From: an uncultured Chloroflexia bacterium
GTDB taxonomy: Bacteria; Chloroflexota; Limnocylindria; Limnocylindrales; CSP1-4
DNA: 64,000 nucleotides
Direction: 5' to 3'
Assembly: GCA_963776385.1 (NCBI GenBank)
Contig: CAVZME010000009.1
Span: 134,440 to 198,439, forward strand
The translations under genes were made by a program, and so were the position numbers. This document shows positions 1 through 8,886 of this stretch, piece after piece. The stretch's first letter is position 1. Each line of letters begins with the position of its first letter. The notes under the pieces are model-generated. The model had not been told where the DNA came from and did not search any database. It saw only the letters and a list, made by a program, of their open reading frames with translations.

Positions 1-1
1 G

Positions 2-183
2 GTCGCGATGGAGCGATACGGCCCACGTCACGGCGGCCGAGCAGCACCAGGCCGCCGACCTCCTCGACGTGCCCTGGCAGTTCAGCCGGTGACAGTCATC
101 CCGACAGTCACGGACCCCTCGAACGGCGTCTTAGGCCGTCGTCGGGAGCAGCCCGAAGTCCGCGGCCCATGCAAGGTCGTTGG
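2..183 (+). pseudogene. 3-prime fragment of a tyrosine recombinase (integrase) gene; the window starts inside it; frame-disrupted; paralogous to 8781..8960
   Basis: With one frame slip it reads VAMERYG.HVTAAEQHQAADLLD, the conserved C-terminal end of tyrosine recombinases. The DNA aligns block-wise with 8781..8960 (atggagcgatac, caggccgccgacctcctcgac, gacagtcacggac, cccgaagt) up to the shared gttgg end. Confidence 0.45.
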
Positions 184-639
184 ATACGACGATTTGATCT
201 CGACCGCGACCACGACGGCGTGGGATGCGAGTGACCGCAACGTACCGTAGTCGCGAAACGACGACCACCGCCGAGTTCCAGTTCAAGTAGGACGCCTCCA
301 CAAATGTTCACAGCGACGGGCAGGTACCTCCCCCTGCCCGTTGCAAGTGAAGGACCCTGGCCCGCCTTCAGAGCCCGGGGTCCCTTCATGCCCGGTGCCG
401 GAGGACCCAGCCGGACGTCGAGGCGACCGCCGACGCGTGGCTCGCGGCGTGGAAGGAGCAGACGGTCCGGGACAGCGTCGAGGGGCGGCGCGGCCTCGAG
501 GACGAAGTCGACGAGCGCAGCGGGGGCCGAATGGATCTCCAGCGAGCCACTGCGCATCTGGAATCTGGCCGACCATCAGCATGACAATGGATGCTGGCGC
601 GCTGATCGAAACCGCCAGACCCGCACGGAGGTACGGCGA

Positions 640-840
640 ATGACTACCAAGGCTGGCGACCACATCGTTGTCGCATCGGACAAGGTCGGGATCCCCGAGC
701 GTCGCGGCGAGATCCTCGAGGTTATCGCCCATCAGACCGGCGTCGAGTACCGGGTCCGCTGGGACGACGGACACGAGAGCAGCATCCGCCCCCACGGCAG
801 CAGCGCGAGGATCGAGCGAACCGGGAAGACGAACGCGTAG
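640..840 (+). CDS. DUF1918 domain-containing small protein
   Basis: GGAGG lies a few nt upstream of the ATG at 640. The 66-aa product MTTKAGDHIVVASDKVGIPERRGEILEVI..YRVRWDDGHESSIRP fits the GDxIxV..RxGxIxEV..YxVRWxDGHE pattern of actinobacterial DUF1918 proteins. The upstream part of ORF 304..840 is R/P-rich and not credible. Confidence 0.7.
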   Translation: MTTKAGDHIVVASDKVGIPERRGEILEVIAHQTGVEYRVRWDDGHESSIRPHGSSARIERTGKTNA

Positions 841-1622
841 GCGATCGAAGCTGCCTGCTGTGTCCTACGCGACGAATTGCCCCCCTCGTGAGTGGGCGAG
901 GTGCTTTGGCCGAGACGTCCCCCGGATAACGCCGCAACACCCGCTCGAGCTCCTCGGCCGCCATTGGTCGGCCGGTCCGATTGCGCCACTCCTCGTTGGC
1001 GCCGGCGATGACTCGGCGCGGAGGCGCCGGTCGAGACTCTGCTTTCGCGCACGATCGAGGTGCTTCCAGGTAGTGTCAACCCGATCGAGGTCGAGCGGGA
1101 TCGATATGGTGCCGCGTTGGAGCCTTACCGCGACCCGCTCTCGCCCTCGCGATCCGAATCGGTGAACGGGCGCCGGCAGAGTAGACAGACCTCGCGCACC
1201 GCGAGCTGATGTCGAGCGTGTTCGGCGAGGCCCCGCTCCCCGCGCTGGGCAGCCGCCCGGATGATCTCGGCGCGGATGAAGTCATCCCGCTCGCGCTTGA
1301 ACGCTGCCACTTTCTTCGCGCTCGGACCGGCCGCAAGTTGACGACGGACGGCTGCCTCCCGGCGATGCTTGTCGCCACTCGACTCTTGGCGGCATTTCGG
1401 GCGTGTGGCGCGGAGGAACGCCTTGTACGAGATCTGGGCCCGTCGGGCACGTTCGGGCGGGTCGAGCCGGCCCTCGGGATCAACGCGTGCCTCGAACCGG
1501 CGCCATGGCTCCGCCGGCGCGAAGCCTCCATCGCCAGCAGGCCGCCCGGAGATCGCGTCCAGGAGACGTCGGCGGCCCGATCACGATATTCCCCATTATC
1601 GTGAGGAGGCGCCGCCCCTACC

Positions 1623-2207
1623 CTATCTATTCAGGTCCCGCGTGAGCGATGCCAGCCAGGCGCTCGCTCCACCATCCGCCAGTCTCGCCGCGAACCGCTC
1701 CTCGACGATCGAGTCGACGATCCAGCCGTCTCGCGAACGTCTCACGGATCTCGCGCTCGGTCACGCGGCGGGGACCCGTGTCGCCCGGCTGGTATTCGTT
1801 GAAGCAGAGCAGGAAGTAGCGCCCAGCGGGCCGGAGGGTCGAGTGGAGGCTCCGCTCGAACCGGACACGGTCGGCGTCCGAGAACGTGTGGAATAGGCTC
1901 AGTTGATCGCGCGTGGAACGTCCGTCGAGGCCGTCGAGGACCTGGGCACGGCGACGAGGAATCCACCTTGATGTCTCGCTAGTCGCCTATGGCGCGAGCC
2001 CGCTCGATCGCCGTGGGCGCGGCATCGACGCCGACGACGTTAAGGCCCCGTGACGCGAGGTAGAGCGCGTTCTCGCCCGTCCCGCAGCCCACGTCGAGGA
2101 CGGCACCCTCGATCGCTCCATCCTCGGCGAGGCGAACGATCGCGGGCTGCGGCCGCCCGATGTCCCACGGTGGCTCGCCGCTTCGGTATGCCCACTGAAG
2201 CCCTGCT
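1623..2207 (-). pseudogene. Class I SAM-dependent methyltransferase, degraded (internal stop, at least two frame changes, no start codon)
   Basis: The minus strand reads WAYRSGEPPWDIGRPQPAIVRLAEDGAIEGAVLDVGCGTGENALYLASRGLNVVGVDAAPTAIERARA (motif I VLDVGCGTG), then TAG at 1987..1989. The continuations LFHTFSDADRVRFERSLHSTLRPAGRYFLLCFNEYQPGDTGPRRVTEREIRETF and GWIVDSIVEERFAARLADGGA.AWLASLTRDL sit in two other frames, ending at TAG 1623..1625. Confidence 0.7.
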
Positions 2208-2348
2208 CAGAAGGACACTCGGACCGGCAGGATCGGACGAGGCAGCCAATCCTGTGCTCGCTAGAACGACCTCGGGGCAACCTCGAGAATCGAGCCGCGG
2301 ACTCGTCAGAACCGGCGCTGCGGCCCGGGCCTCGTGCAAGGGACGAGG

Positions 2349-2891
2349 CTAGCGTGCCCGCCCACGGATCTTGACGACGACGGGTACTGGCCGTGGGCGG
2401 GCGGCAGACCCATGAGGCGCGCCGGACCCAGGAACCTCTGCCTGACGGATGCTTGCCCGCCTGGCGGCGAGATAGACGTGCATGATGTTGCGCACCTCGG
2501 CGGCGGTCAGTACCTCGTCCGATCGAAGCGCGTACTCCACCCCGGCCGTCCGATCGGCACGCTTTTCGGGGCCCACGTCCCGAGGCTCGGCAACACCAAG
2601 GCCGCGCGCGAGCGACTGGGCCGTCTCGAGAGTTGGCCGCCGCCTGGTCCGAAGCAGTCGTGAGATCGTGGAGTGGTGGACTCCGGTCTTGGTCGCCAGC
2701 TGCCGCTGTGTCAGCCGACTCGCCTTGAAACTCACGGCCAGCCACTCGTTGAAAGCCGCGGGGCCTTGCCTCGACGATCCCGGAGCAGGGTCGTCCGTTG
2801 GTTCACGCGTCGGTCGTTCGGCGTCGGTGGATGTCGCTGAAGTTGGTTCGCCGCCCGTCGTCGGTCCGATGACGGCGGAGTCGGTGGTCAC
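2349..2891 (-). CDS. XRE-family helix-turn-helix transcriptional regulator
   Basis: 180-aa ORF. The central LTQRQLATKTGVHHSTISRLLRTRRRPTLETAQSLARGLG is a classic HTH_3 motif. The N-terminus is low-complexity P/T-rich. Confidence 0.7.
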   Translation of the reverse strand: MTTDSAVIGPTTGGEPTSATSTDAERPTREPTDDPAPGSSRQGPAAFNEWLAVSFKASRLTQRQLATKTGVHHSTISRLLRTRRRPTLETAQSLARGLGVAEPRDVGPEKRADRTAGVEYALRSDEVLTAAEVRNIMHVYLAARRASIRQAEVPGSGAPHGSAARPRPVPVVVKIRGRAR

Positions 2892-3358
2892 GGCTGTTTA
2901 CTCCTTGGTGGATCTCGACGCGGAAACACAAGTCGATGAGTCCACCCGATCATCGGGTCCCCGGACGCGGCCGGCATTGGCGTGACCAAGCACAACGGGA
3001 CGCCATCGGTTGCCACATCCGCGCAACATCGCTTGCACGTGACGCCAAGACCGAGCGCGACCGCTGGGACGCCGTTCACGACGCCCCTGCCGGCCGGCTG
3101 GACTGTCCGGCCCGCTGACCTTCGATCCTGGCGTCCCCGGCTGGTCCGTGACGGCCCGTTCCACCAGCTGCAGCCACGTCAGGCGCAACCGCAGATGTTC
3201 ACCGGGACTGGCGTGGACGATACAGCCGCGCTGCTTTAGCTCGGACGATCGTCTCCGCGGCGTGCGGCAGCGACCTGTTCGGCACGGCGATCCTGAGATG
3301 TCAAATGACTTACGTTCGGTCGTCAGCAACCTTGCGAATCGTGCGACCTAGCGAGATT

Positions 3359-3395
3359 TGCCTCCGGCGGTAGGACTCGGACCTACGGCCAAGCG
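3359..3395 (-). repeat. Duplicated 3-prime half of tRNA-Asn (putative distal att site of an integrated element)
   Basis: tgcctccggcggtaggactcggacctacggccaagcg matches 8958..8994 (tggctccggcggtaggactcgaacctacgaccaagcg) at 34 of 37 positions in the same orientation. No matching 5-prime tRNA half follows. Confidence 0.6.
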
Positions 3396-3498
3396 ACCAC
3401 GTCCAGTGCGACACGCTCTCGTGAGTGGGGCGTCGACCGAATGTGCCGCCGTCAGTTGCACTCTCGAGAACGTCAAACCCCGCGCGGACATTCGGACC

Positions 3499-3627
3499 GT
3501 GAACAAGGTCCTGCTCACCGGGCTCCTCACGCGCGACCCGGACATGCGCAGCCTCGCCATCGGAAAGAACGTCACGACGCTGAGTGATGCCGTTCTCACA
3601 ACGCCATCGGCCCTGCGTGACGTCTAG
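3499..3627 (+). pseudogene. Single-stranded DNA-binding protein (SSB) N-terminal stub
   Basis: From the GTG at 3499, VNKVLLTGLLTRDPDMRSLAIGKNVTTLSDAVLTT resembles the start of the SSB OB fold (MNKVxLxGRLTRDPExR...G..V..F.LAV). The frame stops after 42 codons. Confidence 0.45.
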
Positions 3628-3768
3628 ACCACGCCCAAACATCGCCACGAAGGCACCACCGACGCCGGGGCCCGCCCGGTTCGGTCGAACGGGTCGCGCC
3701 TGAAGGCGTCGACTGGCGTTGAGTCGAGGAGTCGTGGGCGTACCATGATGGGCCGAAAGGGTGAGCCA

Positions 3769-4203
3769 ATGAATGTCGACGGGATCTTGCGTGCAAAGGG
3801 CGCGACGGTGGTCACGATCAGGCCCGACCACACCATCGGTGACCTCGTCCGCGGCCTGCGCGAGGAGCGGATCGGCGCGATGGTCGTGAGCGAGGACGGC
3901 CGATCCGTGCTGGGGATCATCTCGGAGCGCGACGTGGTCCGCGGACTCGCGGAACGCGGGCCGCGAATCCTCGACGTGCAGGTGTCAGAGCTGATGACGC
4001 GGGATGTCGTTTCATGCGCGCCTCGGGACACCGTCAAGCAGGTCATGGCCGAGATGACCAGGCGCAGGATCCGCCACCTGCCCGTGATCGCCGAAGGCGC
4101 GCTTTGCGGCATCGTCAGCATCGGCGACGTCGTCAAGAACCGCCTCGAGGAGATGGAGACCGAGACGAACGTCCTGCGCGAGGTGTACATCGCTCGAACG
4201 TGA
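3769..4203 (+). CDS. CBS domain pair protein
   Basis: MNVDGILRAKGATVVTIRPDHTIGDLVRGLREERIGAMVVSEDG..LGIISERDVV and DVVSCAPRDTVKQVMAEMTRRRIRHLPVIAEGALCGIVSIGDVV are two canonical CBS motifs. The ORF track starts at 3745; the ATG at 3769 fits homologue N-termini better. Confidence 0.85.
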   Translation: MNVDGILRAKGATVVTIRPDHTIGDLVRGLREERIGAMVVSEDGRSVLGIISERDVVRGLAERGPRILDVQVSELMTRDVVSCAPRDTVKQVMAEMTRRRIRHLPVIAEGALCGIVSIGDVVKNRLEEMETETNVLREVYIART

Positions 4204-4246
4204 AGGGTGCCCGCGGACGCGCTTGAAATCGAGGCGTGACGAGGGC

Positions 4247-4432
4247 TTAGTTCACCCTCGATCGCCTGGCCCGAGTCTCCTGGATCTCGCAGCGGCGCAC
4301 CTCGATGGCCGCGGCGTGCTCGATGCGGAGCACCTCGATGCGAGCCTCAAGGTCGAGGTCGAGGGTCACCCCCTCGCGCCGGTCGGTGGCGGCTCGCCAG
4401 TCGGCGAGGATGGTCTCGACTGTTCGGTCCAT
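4247..4432 (-). CDS. Hypothetical small helical protein
   Basis: 61-aa ORF with a balanced, non-R/P-rich composition (MDRTVETILADWRAATDRREGVTLDLDLEARIEVLRIEHAAAIEV). No recognisable family. Confidence 0.3.
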   Translation of the reverse strand: MDRTVETILADWRAATDRREGVTLDLDLEARIEVLRIEHAAAIEVRRCEIQETRARRSRVN

Positions 4433-4854
4433 GAGACTGGACCTCTCTCGCTAGGGGACGCGGAGTGTGCGCGCGATCGTCGCGCCGCACAATCCGAACA
4501 GGGGCGAGAGCCTGACGACGTTCAGTGGCGCAGTTGCGCTGAGGCTCTCCGCGGGCGGACGCGCGATCCCGTGGTTCCTTGCGCGCGACCGAGAATGCGA
4601 TCCGATGACGTCGGCGTCGTCGAACGTCTCGCCATTCGAGAGGCGACCCATCCGCGGGCGGCGTTCGCGACTCTGCGGCGCCGCCTTTTCTGCGAGGGGG
4701 GCAAGGTCCCCTAGGCCCCACACGGCTGGTGGGCGGGCTCCTTGTCACATTGGAAAGGATCTCAGTACGAGCCTCACCAATCGCCCCGGTCGGCCCGGAC
4801 AGGCTAGCCGCATGACGCGGGATCGCGCGTCCGGGACCGGAGCCGGGGCTGTTG

Positions 4855-5235
4855 CTAGAGTGCGCAGGCCGCGAAAGACGCTCCAATCAACGGGCCGAAG
4901 GCGTCTTCGAGGTGGTCGAGTCCCTTGCCATTCCCGAGGTTCGGGTTGTTGCTGCCCTCGCCGATGGTCTTGTCGGTACGGAGCGTCAAGGAATCGGGGC
5001 CGCCGTGGGACGACCAGTAGGCGATGAAGCAGTCTGGGTCGACCCCGGGCGGGAAGTCCGGGCTGTGGGCGAAATCAGCCACGTTCAATGTCGCCCATCG
5101 GCTCGAATTCGTGGCTTTGAGGTTCCCCTCGGCCGAGCGATTGGCGATGAAGCACTCGTGTGCGAATACCGTGCTCGCCATCAAGAGCAGTGCGGCCGTC
5201 GCGAGCGCGACGGACGCCAAGAACCGCCTGGGCAT
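4855..5235 (-). CDS. Hypothetical secreted protein
   Basis: AGGAGGG RBS before the ATG at 5235. The signal peptide is MPRRFLASVALATAALLLMASTVFA/HE. The Cys-containing mature part has normal composition. The upstream extension to 5355 in the ORF track is unlikely to be real. Confidence 0.6.
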   Translation of the reverse strand: MPRRFLASVALATAALLLMASTVFAHECFIANRSAEGNLKATNSSRWATLNVADFAHSPDFPPGVDPDCFIAYWSSHGGPDSLTLRTDKTIGEGSNNPNLGNGKGLDHLEDAFGPLIGASFAACAL

Positions 5236-5445
5236 CGTGATCCCTCCTATGTAGACGGTCCCCGCGGTGTCCGCATGGTCTACTCCCACCGTCCACGTCC
5301 CGTCTAGCCTTGTGGTGCGCGGTGTCACCACAAGCGGACGTGGCCGAGGCCGCATGGCCGCGCTCGCAACCGATGCTTCGTCCTTGGGAACAAGACGACG
5401 TGGGGCTTCCGCCCTGATCCAGTGACGCCGAAGACGATCGAGCCG

Positions 5446-5604
5446 TTATCGCGAGGTGAGGAGCCGGATCGAAGCCGCTACCACGATGACCGACCCCATG
5501 ATCACGATGGACCCGACGCCCGACGTGATCCCGATCACCATGAACCCGATCCCGATGACCTCGCCCACTGCCGGCGGAATGCGGAAGCCCGTCGTTCTGA
5601 GCAT
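5446..5604 (-). CDS. Possible small hydrophobic membrane peptide (52 aa)
   Basis: This ORF is below the track cutoff. It reads MLRTTGFRIPPAVGEVIGIGFMVIGITSGVGSIVIMGSVIVVAASIRLLTSR, with two predicted TM stretches. It lies directly downstream of the lipoprotein gene. The RBS is weak. Confidence 0.3.
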   Translation of the reverse strand: MLRTTGFRIPPAVGEVIGIGFMVIGITSGVGSIVIMGSVIVVAASIRLLTSR

Positions 5605-5825
5605 GCTGTCAGTTCCCCTGGGCACACACCAGCGGGGCTACGGCGGGACGCTGCGGTCCGGGGTCGGCGTGATCCCTGGAGTCTGCGCGTGTCGAGCGGG
5701 AATTGATACAGCGGTGTTTGCCAGCGTGGATAGCAGGACGACGCGGTGAACGCCGCGTGTCAGGCGTGACACCTCCCATCGCACCATGTCTCGCCGAGCC
5801 GTGAGGGGCGCGTCAGCGCCGTTCA

Positions 5826-7369
5826 TTAGTTGGTGATCGTGATCACGAAGTCCTTGTTCGCGCTGGTGAGGGTGCCTGTCGCGCCAAGAAACTCGCCCGT
5901 GCCGCCGATGATCGTCCCGTTGTCCGGCCGGAGCTCGCCACCGAGGTCGACGGTCTCGTTGATCACGATCTGCCCTCGGTCGGTCAGGGTGATCGTGGAG
6001 CCAGGACAATGGAGCAGGAGACTGCCAGTGTCGATGAAGAAGCATTCGAACGTGATCGTTCCGACCTCATTTCCGGTTGCCGCGTCGAACATGCGGGAAC
6101 CGCCGAGGAGATAGTCACCCTGGCAGGACGTTGCATTCGTGCAGTGCGTGAGTGACCCAACCGAGACGCTGTTGACATCGGTCGGGTGTTCGGTGAGGTG
6201 GACCGTCTGCGGCGCGTTCGCCGGGTTGGGCGAGGCCATGACCGGCTGGGTCGCACCCGGCAACGGGTTGGTAGCGTCCACATGGGTTGTGAACGTGATC
6301 ACGAAATCGCCGCCGGTGGGGAGCGACGTGCTGACGACAGAGCCCGTCGCGCCAAGGAACTCGCCTGTGCCGCCGGTGATCGGCGCGGTCGCCGGTCGCC
6401 CTGAGCCATCGTCGTAGAGCGTCTCGGTGAAGGCGATCTCCCCTCGTCCGGCCAGCCTGATGACATTGCCGGGAGAGTGGAACAGGCTGTGGCCGGTGTC
6501 GACCACGAACTCCACGTACACGAGTGTTCCGACATCCTCGTTTGTCGCCGCATCCACCAACGGGACAACCCCGAGGCGGTAGTCGCCCTGGCAGAACATG
6601 GTGTTCGTGCAGTGCGTGAGTGAACCAACGGGGACGTAGAGACTGTTGCCGGCCACATGCAGGGCGACGTGGAGCGTCTGGGGCTGGTCGCTGGCCGGCG
6701 ACGCCGCTGGCGCTGCGAGTCGGCGTGGTGATCGTGATCACGAAGTCGCCGCCCTCGGTGTAGGTGCTGTCGGCGGGGCTGGTGACGAACCCGATCGCGC
6801 CGAGGAACTCGCCGGTGCCGCCGGTGATCGGCCACGGGTCCAGGGCATAGCCAGGAGCGAAGTGAACGTCTTCGACGTAGTCGATCTGCCCACGCCCGGT
6901 CAGCGTGATCGTGTTGACCGGGGCAGTGGAACAGGCTGGTGGCCGTGTCGACGCTGAAGCATTCGAACCGGAGGCTGCCAACTTCCTTCCTGGTCGTCGC
7001 GTCGAGCAGCGGGTCGTCCCCCACGACATAGTCGCCCTGGCAGGCTGTCGCGCTGGTGCATCCCGTCAATGATCCAACTGAGACCTGGGTGACGTTCCTC
7101 GCCGGCTCGAGGACGTGGATCGTCTGCGACTGGCTGGCAAGTGGCGCCTGGCTGACACTCGGCGGCGGGCTTGCACTCGGCGGCGGGCTTGCACTCGGCG
7201 GGGACACCGTCCTGGCCACGCTGGGGGACGGGCTGGCATCGGGGTTGGCGCTGCTGCAGGCGGCGAGCCCGATAGCCATGGTCAAAAGACACGCGCCGAG
7301 CAGGCGGACGCTCGGAGCGCGCGACGGAAAGGTGGACGTCACTCGAACTGTCTCGTCATTCACGCCCAT
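5826..7369 (-). CDS. Lipoprotein with three tandem dirigent/allene-oxide-cyclase-like beta-barrel domains (two frame changes as sequenced)
   Basis: Lipobox LLTMAIGLAAC plus a PS-rich linker. Three units of about 135 aa each carry VSVGSLT.CT....CQGDY, FEC/VEF..DT..SL.HCPG, ITL.GRGQI and ITGGTGEFLGA.G...S....GDFVITIT. The pieces are joined from ORFs 6299..7540, 6115..7029 and 5826..6656. DNA repeats such as gtgcagtgcgtgagtga occur at about 6145 and 6610. Confidence 0.7.
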
Positions 7370-7962
7370 AGCGTGGTCACCGAATCCGAGGCGCCTTGAG
7401 GATGAGCGGGAGCGATTGGTCAGGGTCGCGACTGAAGTAGGCGGCACCGTGAGTGGCGTTTCCCGCCTTTGCTCGGATGCTGCGCCGAATGGACCGTGGC
7501 GAGCCAGGCCATGCAACCCCTCATGGGGGCCATTCGGCACTGGTGCCGAGCAGAATTGCGAGGGGCCGACAGCTCCCCTGATACCGCCGCAGCACGCGCT
7601 CGAGCTCCTCGGCCGTGGACTCCGGCAACGGCGGGATGCTGCACATCTCCAAAGCGGACAGGGTCGATGAGTCTCGAGGAGGCGCAGCTCGATGGCGCAG
7701 GATCGGATCGCTGCGTGGGAGGGTCCGGGACGCGGAGCGGGGGCCGGTCAGATCACCAACGTCGGAGAATTCGAAGCGATCGCGCGACGAACGCCGCTGC
7801 CAGTGCGCCGGATGGCCCCGGGCATGTCGTCGATCAGACCGATCGTCTCCCTCGATCGCGAGCCCGACGTCGGGCCAGGCTCTCCGTGGTCGGGCGGCTT
7901 CGACGGTTGCGCTTTCGGCTCGGCGGGCCCGCTCTTCGATCCGCTCATTGGTGCGGTCCTCG

Positions 7963-8256
7963 CTAGTCCCCTGTCGCGCGTGACGTGAACCAGATGATCG
8001 TCGCCCCGATGATGCCGAGCGGTACGATCCAGATGATCAGGAGTAGCCAGATTGTGCTCGAAGAGCCGGAATGGTCACCCAGGGCCATCGAGCTTGCCAG
8101 CCAGACGACCAAGCCGATAACGAACCAGGCTACCCACACGGTGGCAAGGAGTGCCAGGCCAAGGCGTCGGGGCCACGAGCGGCGTGGGGGGCGTCCGGCG
8201 TTCGTCACGAGACCCGGTTGTCGCTGGTCGGCCGATCCACCGTCGTTCATTCCCAC
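7963..8256 (-). CDS. Hypothetical small membrane protein (two TM helices)
   Basis: 97-aa ORF with LGLALLATVWVAWFVIGLVVWLA and IWLLLIIWIVPLGIIGATIIWF hydrophobic helices. Confidence 0.45.
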   Translation of the reverse strand: MGMNDGGSADQRQPGLVTNAGRPPRRSWPRRLGLALLATVWVAWFVIGLVVWLASSMALGDHSGSSSTIWLLLIIWIVPLGIIGATIIWFTSRATGD

Positions 8257-8319
8257 CCTTCCCGCACTTGAACCTGCCAGTCAGACGCGCTGCTCTCGCG
8301 AGTGTTGCGGACGCCGCCT

Positions 8320-8880
8320 GCCCTGAGGCAACTCGGTCCCTGGCCAGTCAGGCCTCCGAGATCCTCGGCCTCGCTCGCTCCGACCTCGACCTCGACCTCG
8401 AACGCAGGACGGTGACGATCCGCCAGCAGCTCTCCGGGTCGGGCACTAGGGCCAGGCTTCGTCGAGACCAAGACCGCCTCTTCGGTCGCCACGATCCCGC
8501 TTCCGATGTTCGTGGTCGATCGACCGCGGGCCCATCTGGCCCGCATCGACGCAGAGCGGCCCATCGTCCCGCTCGGTGACTCGCTCGTCTTCGTCACCGC
8601 GAGAGGCCTGGCAGTCAACGCCTCCTGGTTCACGAAGCAGTTCCAGGCCTTCTCGCCGGTGCTCGGCTCCCCCGGATGCGCCTCCATGACTAGCGCCATG
8701 ATGCGGTGAGCCTGCCCGTGGACGCTGGTCCTCACCCCCGCATCGCCCAGGAGCTGCTCCGGCATGCGCCCGGCAGCAGGGTCACGATGGAGCGATACGC
8801 CCATGTCAGGGCTCCCCAGTAGCGCCAGGCCGCCGACCTCCTCGACCGGGCGCTCGCCGATCCATCGTTGACAGTCACGC
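8320..8880 (+). pseudogene. Tyrosine recombinase/integrase, N-terminally truncated and frameshifted
   Basis: Fragments lie in different frames: SEILGLARSDLDLDLERRTVTIRQQL, ..VETKTASSVATIPLP, MFVVDRPRAHLARIDAERPIVPLGDSLVFVTARGLAVNASWFTKQF, ..HPRIAQELLRHA..VTMERYAHV. It abuts the tRNA-Asn 3-prime end. Confidence 0.7.
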
Positions 8881-8886
8881 TGACAG

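Noticed and set aside
181-262. Possible tRNA immediately after the first integrase fragment, by analogy with 8958..9032.
   Set aside because: I could not draw a cloverleaf. There is no T-loop consensus and no complementary acceptor stem.
1125-1580. Open frame on the minus strand (..ISYKAFLRATRPKCRQESSGDKHRREAAVRRQLAAGPSAKKVAAFKRERDDFIRAEIIRAAAQRGERGLAEHARHQLAVREVCLLCRRPF..) with protein-like composition.
   Set aside because: There is no ATG, GTG or TTG upstream of the GTG at 1310, and I could not recognise a family. It may be a gene remnant, but I cannot support a call.
2898-3329. 143-aa minus-strand ORF next to the att repeat that could be an island-border gene.
   Set aside because: The composition is strongly R/G/P-biased apart from one short stretch (HLRLRLTWLQLVERAV). 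There is no RBS and no recognisable motif.
3359-3440. Possible second complete tRNA gene at the island boundary.
   Set aside because: Only the T-arm and acceptor 3-prime half are present. The upstream 40 nt cannot form a D-arm, an anticodon arm or a complementary acceptor strand.
7748-7948. 66-aa minus-strand ORF upstream of the HicA-like peptide, considered as a toxin-antitoxin pair.
   Set aside because: The gene order and sequences do not match HicAB or any antitoxin fold I recognise. The HicA-like ORF lacks the conserved C-terminal half. The evidence is too weak.
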